Shown here in pieces: positions 50,245 through 59,905 of a DNA stretch of 64,000 nucleotides (positions within the stretch are counted from its first letter, which is position 1; each line of letters opens with the position of its first letter). A model generated the notes under the pieces. The model saw only the letters and a program-made list of their open reading frames with translations. It was not told where the DNA came from and searched no databases. Position numbers and translations under genes: made by a program. Origin of the DNA: Phormidesmis sp. (lineage in GTDB: Bacteria; Cyanobacteriota; Cyanobacteriia; Leptolyngbyales; Leptolyngbyaceae); the NCBI GenBank assembly GCA_965248535.1, contig CBDFJR010000002.1:1856001-1920000 (forward strand), in the 5' to 3' direction.

Positions 50245-51534
50245 CTAACTGAGTAGCTCAATGGCCGCGGCTGGGCCCAAAACAGAAACATAAGGCTCCA
50301 GGAAGCAGCGATCGGCGGCTGCCTGAGCCGCTTCTGAAGTCACCGCCGCCACCTCTTGCTGAAAGCGGGTGTCAAACTCAACGCCTAGCCCGATCGTTTC
50401 ATACCACCCAAAGATTTGAGCAAGCTGAGAGTTTGTTTGCTTGCCTAGGGCATATTGCCCCAACATTTTGTTTTGCGACGCTTGCAACTCCTCAGCGGTG
50501 AGGCGTGTAGACCGCAGACGATCGACTTCAGCTTGCAGACCGTCGAGCGCGATCGCGGTGTTTTCTGGAGCCGTGCCCATATAAACAACAAACTGAGATG
50601 CGTCTAATCGGGTCGGATAGAAGGCAGACACCTCATAGGCCAGACCTCGTTTTTCTCGCAGTTCGACAAAGAGACGACTCGACAGCCCGTTGCCCAGATA
50701 AGTGTTGAGCAACTTAAGTGCCGTGTAGTCTGATAAGTCGAGCGTGTCGGAGTTGATCGCGGGAGCCAGATAGCCCAACATGACGATCGATTGCTGCGTC
50801 TCCTGAGTTTTAATCACCCGGTGGGGGTTAAACGGAATCGGCGATAAATTCAGCGTCGGTAGAGGAGCCGCCGGAGCCTGCCAATCTCCTAAAACCTTCT
50901 CAATTGCGGCTACCGCCGCTTCGGGGTCAATCCGCCCGGCAACGCTAATCACTAGATTGTCAGGACGAAAATAGGTCTGATGATACTGCTGCAAATCTTG
51001 GCGAGATAGTTGAGCCACCGTTTCTGCGGTGCCCAACCCCGAAAAAGCATAGGGATGCTGCCCATACATCGCCGATCGCAGCCCATCTAGCGCCACAGTA
51101 AATGGCTGTTCTTGCTGAGAGCGAATCGCTTGCAGGGTTAGGCGACGCTCTAACTCGACTTCTGCGTCTGGAAAGGTGGGCGATCGCAGCACCTCGCCCG
51201 CTAGCGCTAAAATCTCTGGGAAGTCAGCCGAAACGGTTTTTAAACTCAGCAAAAAATAGTCAGAAGCCGAATCGGTGCCTAGACTTGCGCCCACTGACTC
51301 AACCTGTTCGGCAATGTCTAACGATGAAAAGCGATCGGTGCCTTTGGGCATGACGGCAGACACGAGATGCGATAGCCCGGCTTGGTGTGAAGGCTCCCAG
51401 CGGCTGCCTGCCCGAACAAAGAGACGCGCCGCAACAATGTCAGCCGAGGGATTTTCAACCACCAGAACGACGATGCCATTGTTTAAAACAGTGCGGTGGA
51501 TCTGACGACTTTGAGAGATTACGCTAGAGGTCAC
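50245..51534 (-). CDS. M16 peptidase family, non-catalytic subunit
   Basis: M16 fold motifs (SSRLFVELREKRGLAY); HXXEH replaced by HLVSA. Confidence 0.9.
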   Translation of the reverse strand: MTSSVISQSRQIHRTVLNNGIVVLVVENPSADIVAARLFVRAGSRWEPSHQAGLSHLVSAVMPKGTDRFSSLDIAEQVESVGASLGTDSASDYFLLSLKTVSADFPEILALAGEVLRSPTFPDAEVELERRLTLQAIRSQQEQPFTVALDGLRSAMYGQHPYAFSGLGTAETVAQLSRQDLQQYHQTYFRPDNLVISVAGRIDPEAAVAAIEKVLGDWQAPAAPLPTLNLSPIPFNPHRVIKTQETQQSIVMLGYLAPAINSDTLDLSDYTALKLLNTYLGNGLSSRLFVELREKRGLAYEVSAFYPTRLDASQFVVYMGTAPENTAIALDGLQAEVDRLRSTRLTAEELQASQNKMLGQYALGKQTNSQLAQIFGWYETIGLGVEFDTRFQQEVAAVTSEAAQAAADRCFLEPYVSVLGPAAAIELLS

Positions 51535-51568
51535 GAGACAATTTCCTTGGGTGATTAAACGTTGGGGG

Positions 51569-52852
51569 TTAGAGAGGCTTCATGACGATCGCCGCGTAGT
51601 GATAGGGCGACAGATATTGACTCGCTAAGTTTTGCAACTCTTCGGCGCTAAAGGCTTGAATGCGCTGGGGATAGATCACCGACAAGTCTGCTTGAGCGAT
51701 CGTGTGATAGTAGCCATAAAGGCCGGCTAGTTGACCCGGCGTTTCGGTCGAGAAGGCATAGTCATTTCGCAACAGGCGTTTGCCGCGCGCCAGTTCGGCC
51801 TCGCTGACGAGAGTGGTGGTGAGATGGGAGAGGCGATCGCAGATCAGCGCCTCTACTCGCTCAATATTTTCTGGCTCTAGCCAAGCGGTGATTGTGAACA
51901 AACTCGATTCTCGCTGCATCGAAAAGCTGCTGCCGATCGCCTGCACAAGCTGCCGATCTTCGCGCAGTTCTTGCACTAGTCGAGCCGATTGGCTTTCTGC
52001 CAAGAGCACCGAAATCAGGTCTAGACCATAGGCATTTTGAGAGGGATCGTCATCCACGCCGGGAGCCATCCACGCCATCATTAGTCGAGCCTGTTCGAGG
52101 CGAGGCAACCGCAGTTCTTGACGACGAATGCCCACGATCGGGGGTTCGGCTTCGGGCGTAGATTGCAGACAGTCGCGGGGCCCAGGAAAGGCGGAGAACG
52201 ATCGCTCAACCCAGTTCACCGCATCGTCTTGATCAACATCTCCCACAATCACCACGGTCATATTCTGGGGCTGATAGTGGGCACGATGGAAGCGGCGCAT
52301 CTCGTCGGGCGATCGCTGCATCAAAATCGCTTCGGTGCCCAAGATCGGCCGTCCATAGGGATGACGCTGATAGACGCTCTCAGCCAGCGCCTCAAACGCA
52401 ACACAGTCAGGATTATCGTAAGTTTGACGAATTTCTTCAAGCACCACATCGCGCTCTCGATCGAACTCGTCATCAGGGATCGCCGCATTCAGCAGCAGTT
52501 CACCCAAATAGGGCAGCGTGTCACCCAGATGTTGAGCGGCCGTCGTCATGAAAAAGTGGGCATAGTCATGACTGGTAGCGGCATTGGTCACGCCACCGCG
52601 ACTCTCGATCACCGCGTCAAAGCTGCCAGGCGGAAGGCGATCGGTGCCCTTAAAAATCATGTGTTCTAAAAAGTGGGCCATGCCTGACCACTGATCAGGC
52701 TCTACGATCGCGCCTGCTTTCACCCACACATCGACGGCCACAACCCCCGTTGCCGGAACCTGTTGATGAATTAACGTCAATCCATTTTCTAGCGTGAGGA
52801 TCTTGGCTGGAAAGGGAGCGACAGCAGACCGTGATAACTGATTTACGTTCAA
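51569..52852 (-). CDS. M16 peptidase family, catalytic subunit
   Basis: GMAHFLEHMIFKGT, NAATSHD, ERDVVLEE, HPYGRPILG. Confidence 0.93.
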   Translation of the reverse strand: MNVNQLSRSAVAPFPAKILTLENGLTLIHQQVPATGVVAVDVWVKAGAIVEPDQWSGMAHFLEHMIFKGTDRLPPGSFDAVIESRGGVTNAATSHDYAHFFMTTAAQHLGDTLPYLGELLLNAAIPDDEFDRERDVVLEEIRQTYDNPDCVAFEALAESVYQRHPYGRPILGTEAILMQRSPDEMRRFHRAHYQPQNMTVVIVGDVDQDDAVNWVERSFSAFPGPRDCLQSTPEAEPPIVGIRRQELRLPRLEQARLMMAWMAPGVDDDPSQNAYGLDLISVLLAESQSARLVQELREDRQLVQAIGSSFSMQRESSLFTITAWLEPENIERVEALICDRLSHLTTTLVSEAELARGKRLLRNDYAFSTETPGQLAGLYGYYHTIAQADLSVIYPQRIQAFSAEELQNLASQYLSPYHYAAIVMKPL

Positions 52853-53096
52853 GATTCAGTTTCGACCCGATTAATTGTTTGAGTAAACAAAATTAAAGAA
52901 ATGTTGACTTTATTGTGCTGGTTCTTAGTAGAAAAAAAGGCACACATTGGTCATTCATTAACAGTTCAATCTCTGTATTCTAGACTACTTTGCTCAATAA
53001 ATAGGGGGTCAAATTCTCAAGCTAAATCAAGATGATTGCTCAAATGTCAAAATTGTATGACATTTGTATTCCTGGAACTTTGTCGAGCGTTCCTAA

Positions 53097-53127
53097 TAAA
53101 AATTCCCCCACTAATCTAGTAAGGGAA
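53097..53127 (-). terminator. Intrinsic terminator downstream of 6S RNA
   Basis: Minus strand TTCCCTTACTA-gat-TAGTGGGGGAA followed by TTTTT. Confidence 0.65.
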
Positions 53128-53135
53128 ATCATACA

Positions 53136-53322
53136 GAAGTTCACCGCAACACCGTTTTACCTCAGTTTTTGACCTGGTGCGAGACCAGGTGGGAGTCGAT
53201 CGTCGGGCTTAAAGTTTCCGGGTACAAGCCCGGTCTACTGCTGCCAGACGTAATTAGATTCCCTTATTGAAAAGCAAGATCATAAAACATTATTGGCAGT
53301 CACCAATGCCGCAGTGAACTTC
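53136..53322 (-). ncRNA. ssrS: 6S RNA (SsaA/SsrS)
   Basis: ~187 nt with complementary ends (GAAGTTCACCGC / GCAGTGAACTTC) and an internal ACCTGGT/ACCAGGT hairpin. Directly downstream of purK, the conserved cyanobacterial locus; TACAAT -10 at 53327-53332 on the minus strand. Confidence 0.88.
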
Positions 53323-53368
53323 CCCCATTGTAATGGTTGAAGGAATGAATGGGTATCAAACCGCCAAT

Positions 53369-54502
53369 TTAAGATCTGTACCAAATGGTCTCGATCAGGT
53401 CAGCGATCGTGATCGCCTGTTGACGCAAATCAGCGGCGCTTTTGATCAACACGGTGACGTGCCCCAGTTTTCGACCCGGACGCGATTCAATCTTGCTATA
53501 CCAATGCACCGCAGCCCCCGGAATCTCAGCGAGTTGGTGCCGCTTGTCTAGATAATCGCTCTCAGACTGCTCATAGCCCAGCAGGTTGACCATCACTGCA
53601 CCCTCACAAGAGGTCAACGCCGGACTGCCCAACGCCCAACCGCACACCGCCCGTAGCTGCTGCTCAAATTGAGAAGTCACGCAGGCATCGATCGTGTAGT
53701 GTCCTGAGTTGTGGGTTCGAGGGGCGATTTCATTCACCAAGATTTTGCCTTCACGGGTGAGAAATAGTTCGATGCCAAAAATGCCCACGACTTGCAGACC
53801 ATCCAGCAGGGTGCGAGCGATCGTGTCCACCTCCCGCACCGTAGCGGCGGGCAGATCAGCAGGCGCAATGACGCGACGACACACCTGATTTTCTTGCTGA
53901 GTTTCGACAATCGGGTAGACGACCATCTCACCCGCCAGCGATCGGGCCGCCATCACCGCGAGTTCTCGGTCAAAGGGGACAAATTCTTCAGCTAACAGCG
54001 GCTGGTGATCGAGGGTTTTGAGAATGGTTTCAAGCTCTTCAGCCGTTTTGACAATAAAGGTGCCCTGCCCGTCATAGCCATGACGACGGGTTTTAAGCAC
54101 GATCGGGAACTCAGCCGTCTGCGATAAAGACCCCTTTTCTAGCGCAAAAAAGCGGGGAGTCGGAAGCTGACGATCGCGCAAATGGCAGCGTTGATCGTAT
54201 TTATCCAACAGCGGTCTAAGAGACTCTAAACTGGGACGAAAGCAAACACCCTGCTTTTCTAGCTCAGACAGCGCTTCTAAATCGACAAACTCATTTTCAA
54301 AGGTGATCACATCACAGCGCGCTGCTAGGTCAGCCGTCGAGTCAGCATCGGCGATCGCCGCAAAAATAGTTTCAGCCGCGATCGCCACCGCCGGGTCAGT
54401 TTCAGACGGGGTTTGAATCACCAGGTCAACCCCCAGCTTTTTAGCTGCGTCTGCCATCATCCAGGCCAGTTGCCCACCGCCAATGACACCCACTCGCTTC
54501 AT
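53369..54502 (-). CDS. purK: N5-carboxyaminoimidazole ribonucleotide synthase
   Basis: GVIGGGQLAWM, TFENE, GYDGQG, NEIAPRTHNSGH, RPGRKLGHV; ATGA overlap with the upstream gene. Confidence 0.96.
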   Translation of the reverse strand: MKRVGVIGGGQLAWMMADAAKKLGVDLVIQTPSETDPAVAIAAETIFAAIADADSTADLAARCDVITFENEFVDLEALSELEKQGVCFRPSLESLRPLLDKYDQRCHLRDRQLPTPRFFALEKGSLSQTAEFPIVLKTRRHGYDGQGTFIVKTAEELETILKTLDHQPLLAEEFVPFDRELAVMAARSLAGEMVVYPIVETQQENQVCRRVIAPADLPAATVREVDTIARTLLDGLQVVGIFGIELFLTREGKILVNEIAPRTHNSGHYTIDACVTSQFEQQLRAVCGWALGSPALTSCEGAVMVNLLGYEQSESDYLDKRHQLAEIPGAAVHWYSKIESRPGRKLGHVTVLIKSAADLRQQAITIADLIETIWYRS

Positions 54503-55071
54503 TGCACGGCTCCAGGGTCTGCAAACGGCGAAAGCAATCTCGGAAACATAGATAACACGTCTCCGATCGCCGGAGTTTGTTTTTCGCAGCCCAAAGACTC
54601 TTGGGTCTCGACCCCTGTTTGAGAATTTTTGCCCTGAGCGATTTTGCACAGGTCTTTTACTTGGGCCCGATCTAAAATTGCATTGCTAAAATCTGCGCCC
54701 GTGATGTTGACTCGATCGAAGGTCGATCGCAGCAAAATCGCTTCTGTCAAAACTGCATCACTCAAATCTGCCTCAGTGAACTTAATCTGATCCATCAACG
54801 CATTGGTGAGGTTTGCGCCGTGCAGGTTGGTCTTGGTCAACACCGACGCGCTTAGGACAATGCCCTGCATTTCTGCGTTAGCAAAATTGGTGCTTTCGAG
54901 ATTGGTGTTGGAAAATTCTGCCGATCGCAGGTTTTGCCCCGAAAAATCTTTTCGAGATAACTCAGCGTTGCTAAAGGAAAGCGGCGGCGGATAGTCTAAT
55001 GCCTGAGCGGGTAGGGGATGACTGCACAGAACAAAAGCTAAGAGAAATGCAGCCAATCGCCAAAAAAACAT
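54499..55071 (-). CDS. Pentapeptide repeat protein (exported)
   Basis: Signal peptide ending AQA; A(D/N)L repeats; LC..AQGKN..TG..T.ESLGC. Confidence 0.9.
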   Translation of the reverse strand: MFFWRLAAFLLAFVLCSHPLPAQALDYPPPLSFSNAELSRKDFSGQNLRSAEFSNTNLESTNFANAEMQGIVLSASVLTKTNLHGANLTNALMDQIKFTEADLSDAVLTEAILLRSTFDRVNITGADFSNAILDRAQVKDLCKIAQGKNSQTGVETQESLGCEKQTPAIGDVLSMFPRLLSPFADPGAVQ

Positions 55072-55135
55072 AGGACAAAACTCCCACTGATGAGTCGTTA
55101 GTCAGCTTATCGCATTTAGGGATAGGGCTTTTTGA

Positions 55136-55672
55136 CTAAGATTTGCAACCCAACGATTCTCGTGTGTCTGCGCCAGTTTTGGGGTTGACCCCGCTGGCTG
55201 ATTTACAGAGTTCTTTCACCTGAAGACCGCTCAAAATGGCCCCGCTAAAATCGGCACCTGTGACGGTCACATCGTGAAAAATAGTCCGCAGCAGCATGGC
55301 ATCGGTAAGCACTGCATCACTTAAATTCACATTCAATAACCGGACTTGATCCATCATGGCCTGGTTCATGTTTGCGCCCTGAAAATTGGTTTCTTTGAGG
55401 GTAGATGTGCTGAAGACGGCTCCTTCTAAGTTGGCGTTGGTGAAATTGGCTTGATTGAGATCAGCCCCCGGAAATTCTTCTGCCCGCAGGTCTGCGCCCG
55501 AAAAGTCTTTGTTGGCTAATCCTTCGTTTGAGTAGTCGAGCGACTTGCCACTAGCGGCCGCGGAGGCTGCTGCCTGGGCCGGAAGGGCACCCCCGCACCA
55601 CACCAAAATCACAAGTAGGAGGGAGATGACTCTAGAGAGCAGCGTTTTAAAGACCAAAGGTGTGTGAGTCAT
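55136..55672 (-). CDS. Pentapeptide repeat protein (exported), tandem paralogue
   Basis: Signal peptide; repeats; LCKSASGVNPKTGADTRESLGC. Confidence 0.9.
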   Translation of the reverse strand: MTHTPLVFKTLLSRVISLLLVILVWCGGALPAQAAASAAASGKSLDYSNEGLANKDFSGADLRAEEFPGADLNQANFTNANLEGAVFSTSTLKETNFQGANMNQAMMDQVRLLNVNLSDAVLTDAMLLRTIFHDVTVTGADFSGAILSGLQVKELCKSASGVNPKTGADTRESLGCKS

Positions 55673-56435
55673 GGTTGAGGGTTGAGAGAACTTTCTCTCT
55701 TAGTTTAGAGTCGCTGGTATATTCTCGATCGGCTTGGGCGATCGCGATCGTCACTGCGTCAGAGTCTGCGCCGCGAATAATTTTTTTTGCAACGCGCAGA
55801 AAATTTTGACTCGAAGCGGCTTCTGCCCGATAAGCCAGAGTCGCTAAAATAGCGGCGGCTTCAGAGACGCTAGCCGTTCCGACGGTTTTGACGACCTCTG
55901 ACGGATTTGGCACCTCGATAGCGCCTAGGGCTGCCGCCGAGAAAAAGCGTAAGGGAAGCTGACGATCGTGGCAAAATTTCACCAATCCTGCTTCGGTGGC
56001 TTTGTGATCGATTGTGGCAATTCCGGCGATCGCGGCTTCGGCAAAGTGATGCGATCGCAGTGTTTTTTGAAGCGCATAGTTAATCAGAGACTCTGATGTG
56101 CCGCGTTTGCAGCCGACCCCCACCCACAGCACTCTGGGGTGCCACTGCACTTTAGGCAACACCGATGCAGGCGCAAACCGTCTTTGCAGAGGGCTAATCC
56201 AAATTCGCGCCTTGGGTTCGGGCGTTTTTTCTCGCGTCGTCGCCGTGTAGTCAGGAAAGCCAAACTGAAAGCAGTGATCAGGCGGCAGCAGAGAGTGCCA
56301 CCCCGTTGACCCCGCTTCTTGAATCACCTGAATGGGATCTTGACGCACGATCGCCGCATTGACTCCAGTCCAGTTTCCCGTTCCCCGCGGCCACCCACAC
56401 AACGTGTCTAGAGCGTTAACTTGAAGTAACTCCAT
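55647..56435 (-). CDS. Cobalamin biosynthesis CbiG mid/C-terminal domain protein
   Basis: LWVGVGCKRG, IATIDHKA.E.GL, VPNPS..V..VGTASVSEAAA; lacks the CbiG N-terminal domain. Confidence 0.75.
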   Translation of the reverse strand: MELLQVNALDTLCGWPRGTGNWTGVNAAIVRQDPIQVIQEAGSTGWHSLLPPDHCFQFGFPDYTATTREKTPEPKARIWISPLQRRFAPASVLPKVQWHPRVLWVGVGCKRGTSESLINYALQKTLRSHHFAEAAIAGIATIDHKATEAGLVKFCHDRQLPLRFFSAAALGAIEVPNPSEVVKTVGTASVSEAAAILATLAYRAEAASSQNFLRVAKKIIRGADSDAVTIAIAQADREYTSDSKLREKVLSTLNHDSHTFGL

Positions 56436-56698
56436 TGGGGTTTATCCTATCTTCATAGTGCAAGGTGACTAAGACCGTAATTTCTCGGATGAAGTCTACG
56501 ATCGAGTCCCCCATAAACAGAACACAGTCTTCTATTAAAGCGGATTAATCACCACAATCTACGTAATTACCGCAGCAACTGCTTGAAGTTCCTGAAATAA
56601 TTAAGAATCTTAGAATAAAGAGTTAGCCTCTTTTCGAGCGTCGAGAAACTCTGCTATTTAGCCATCCTCTAGATCCCTACTCTCTACCCTAAAAGCCG

Positions 56699-57757
56699 AT
56701 GGTTCAAGCTTTTTCACGACTCGCGATCCCCCTGACCCTGGCTTTAGCTAGCGCAGTGCTGATGACTGGCTGTGACGAGGCCTCTGAAGTAGCTGCTTCG
56801 GCATCTGGAGACGTTGATTTAGGTCTCAGTGATCCTACTTACTACGTTAACTTGGGTACTGAACTAAGGGTGAGCCAAAAGCCAGAAGCGGCGATCGCTG
56901 CTTATCGCCGAGCCATTCAGATCGATTTCACCCATGCCGAGGCTTATCAAGAGTTAGGCAACACACTCTATGATCAAGGCAGACTTGAGGAAGCAACCGC
57001 CACTTATCGCAGAGCCGTTCAAATTCATAGCGACGATGCTGAAGCCTATTGTGGGCTGGGCAACACGCTGCTAGAGCAAAAGCGAACGGAGGAAGCGATC
57101 GCGGCCTATCACAGAGCGACGCAAGTTAACCCAAACCTAGCCAGCGCCTATAGTGGGCTAGGCAACGCGCTGCGTCAGCGCCAAAGGCTATCGGAGGCGA
57201 TCGGCGCTTATCAAAAGGCGCTCTCGCTGCCAGACGTTAAAAGAACGGCCGCGAGTGCCCACACGATTGCTTACCTAGGCTGGGGACGCTCCTTACACGA
57301 TCAAGGCAACTCTGAAGACGCGATCGGGCTTTATCGCCAAGCCATCGGTCTCAACGCTAACTATGCGGTGAGCTATCTCTATTTGGGCGAAGCGCTCTAT
57401 GACCAAAAGCGCTTAGAAGATGCGTCACGCACGTATCAAAAGGCGTTAACGCTACCCAACGTTAAACGACCCAAGCTGATCAGCAGCCACGCTCTAGCTC
57501 ACAATGGTCTAGGGTTGGTGCTTCAGCGTCAGGGCAAAACCCAGCGAGCGATCGCCGAATATCAGCAAGCGCTACAACTCGATCTCAGTTGTGAAGTCGC
57601 CAGCGACAACCTCAAACGAGCCAGACAACTCTTAGCAAAACAGCCTCCCAAGCCTCAGCCAAAGCAAAAATCAACCTCACCGCTAGCGGATGTTAACAAG
57701 GTCTCGTGGGTCTTATTGCTGCGATCGCTCGAAACCGTCAACGCAACCAAAACTTGA
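56699..57757 (+). CDS. Tetratricopeptide repeat lipoprotein
   Basis: Lipobox-like MTGC; about 7 TPRs (AY..LG..L..QG...EA...Y..A). Confidence 0.88.
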   Translation: MVQAFSRLAIPLTLALASAVLMTGCDEASEVAASASGDVDLGLSDPTYYVNLGTELRVSQKPEAAIAAYRRAIQIDFTHAEAYQELGNTLYDQGRLEEATATYRRAVQIHSDDAEAYCGLGNTLLEQKRTEEAIAAYHRATQVNPNLASAYSGLGNALRQRQRLSEAIGAYQKALSLPDVKRTAASAHTIAYLGWGRSLHDQGNSEDAIGLYRQAIGLNANYAVSYLYLGEALYDQKRLEDASRTYQKALTLPNVKRPKLISSHALAHNGLGLVLQRQGKTQRAIAEYQQALQLDLSCEVASDNLKRARQLLAKQPPKPQPKQKSTSPLADVNKVSWVLLLRSLETVNATKT

Positions 57758-57809
57758 CCTAAAAATCGCCCCCAGCCATCTGAGAGCGATCAACCTCTAA
57801 AACCAGCGA

Positions 57810-59378
57810 TTACAGATTTACAGGAGTCCGATCGAGGGTGTGACTGACCTGAAGAGCAGGCTTCTGCATGGCTTGTTGCAGCATGGGGGTTTTGGTCACC
57901 GAGTCGTTAGCCAACGTAAACAGCGGGTTGGAAAGAATCCCCGCGATCGTGGTTGCCACCAAGGTCAACACCAAGCCCACCTGCAATGGGCGCATCCCCG
58001 GCAGACTCCAGCTAATGTCGGGATAGTTTTTCACCGCATCAGACATTTCCTGTGGCTCTTTGACCACCATCATTTTCACCACCCGAATGTAGTAATAGAT
58101 GGAAATCACACTCGTCAACAGACCCAGCAAGACAAGCGGATAAGCCCCCGCCTGCCAGCCTGCCCAAAAGAGATAGAGTTTGCCAAAAAAGCCGGCCAGA
58201 GGCGGAATTCCGCCGAGAGACAAGAGGCAGATACTCAACGCCAGCGTTAGGAGCGGATCTTTTTGATATAAGCCACCATATTCACTAATCTGGTCGGTGC
58301 CCGTTCTCAGCGTGAAGAGAATCACACAGGTAAATGCGCCTAGGTTCATAAACAGATAGATCAGCAGGTAAAACACCATGCTGGCGTAACCTGCATCACT
58401 GCCGATGACTAACCCAATCATCACAAAGCCTGCCTGCCCGATCGAGGAATAGGCCAAAAGCCGCTTCATGCTGGTTTGAGCCAACGCCACCACATTGCCC
58501 AGCACCATGCTGAGAATGGCTAACGTGGTCATCACAAAGTGCCACTGCTCAGTCACTAGCGGGAAGGCAGTCACTAACAGCCGGATCGCCAACGCAAACC
58601 CTGCTGCTTTAGAACCCACCGACAAAAACGCTACAACAGGAGTTGGAGAGCCTTCATAAACGTCGGGTGTCCATTGGTGAAAGGGAACGGCGGCAATCTT
58701 AAACGCGATCCCCGCGATCACAAAGACGAGGGCGATCACCAGCCCGATCGAGTCTGCCAACCCTGCCGCCCCAATCTGCGTAGAGATCTGACTCAAATTT
58801 GTTTCGCCGCCTGACAAACCATAAAGCAGCGAGGTGCCATAGAGAAAAATAGCCGAACTCGAAGCCCCAATCAGCAGATATTTCAGCGCCGCCTCGTTAG
58901 AGCGGGGATCGCGCTTGGTGTAGCCCGTCAGCAGATAGGACGAGATGCTCAGGGTTTCGAGCGAGACGTAGACGGTGACTAGCTCATCTGCGCCAGAGAG
59001 GAACATTCCCCCCACGGTCGCGGTGAGGAGAATAATCAAAAACTCTGCCAGCGCCGTGCCGGACTGCTCAACATAGCGGATCGACATCAAAATCGTTCCG
59101 GCGGCTGCTAGGGCGACAATGCCCCGAAACACAATGCTGAGATTGTCGCTGTTGTATTCGCCAAAAAATGCGATCGGAGCCGTCGTATTCCACAAAAAGC
59201 AGAGGGCACCGACTGCTGTGAGCAAACCGCCGATCGCAAAATAAGGAGTCCACTTCGACGAAGCAGTGCGCCCCACAATCAGATCACCGATCATCACAAT
59301 CAAGAGGGTTGTGACCACAATGATCTCTGGCAAGATTGCTCCAGTGTTTAACTGGGCTACAAGCGTAGCAAAATCCAT
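57810..59378 (-). CDS. ndhB: NAD(P)H-quinone oxidoreductase subunit 2 (N)
   Basis: [44 protein letters not shown]. Confidence 0.96.
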   Translation of the reverse strand: MDFATLVAQLNTGAILPEIIVVTTLLIVMIGDLIVGRTASSKWTPYFAIGGLLTAVGALCFLWNTTAPIAFFGEYNSDNLSIVFRGIVALAAAGTILMSIRYVEQSGTALAEFLIILLTATVGGMFLSGADELVTVYVSLETLSISSYLLTGYTKRDPRSNEAALKYLLIGASSSAIFLYGTSLLYGLSGGETNLSQISTQIGAAGLADSIGLVIALVFVIAGIAFKIAAVPFHQWTPDVYEGSPTPVVAFLSVGSKAAGFALAIRLLVTAFPLVTEQWHFVMTTLAILSMVLGNVVALAQTSMKRLLAYSSIGQAGFVMIGLVIGSDAGYASMVFYLLIYLFMNLGAFTCVILFTLRTGTDQISEYGGLYQKDPLLTLALSICLLSLGGIPPLAGFFGKLYLFWAGWQAGAYPLVLLGLLTSVISIYYYIRVVKMMVVKEPQEMSDAVKNYPDISWSLPGMRPLQVGLVLTLVATTIAGILSNPLFTLANDSVTKTPMLQQAMQKPALQVSHTLDRTPVNL

Positions 59379-59905
59379 AGAGCTTAGTCCGATTGAGCAG
59401 GGTTAACAAGAAATTTAAACGAGTTCACCCGATCGCCGGGTGAGTCTTTAGAGTATGCAATTCTTTTACGGATTCTATCGCGCTAGACTGACTACTTTTC
59501 GTTAAATTCTACCGTTTCAGCAGGGAATGGCATGGTTTCACCCACCCCGATCGATTGACTTGAGTCTATGTCAATTTGTCAAATCGGCAATTTTCGCCCG
59601 CTTTAGGTAGAGAGATCCGACCTCAATCAGTCGAGAAATCCTCCTAAATCTTTGTGTTAAATCGATCTGGCCTGTCGCTATGGTTATAAGTTGAAGGAGA
59701 ACGCCTTGGGCTGCGTCTGACACGATAAGATCGCCCTCTATATTATTGAAGGTGACCTGAGAAACCGCCCAGTAGACTGTCAGGATTTGAAAAGTTACTG
59801 CTCTGAAATCCGGCGATCGTTCAGATTTGGTGTTATTGATTAAATACATACGCCATCCTCGCCTCTCTCTCATCCCCTGCTCTCTTCTGAAAGTTAACGA
59901 GACTC

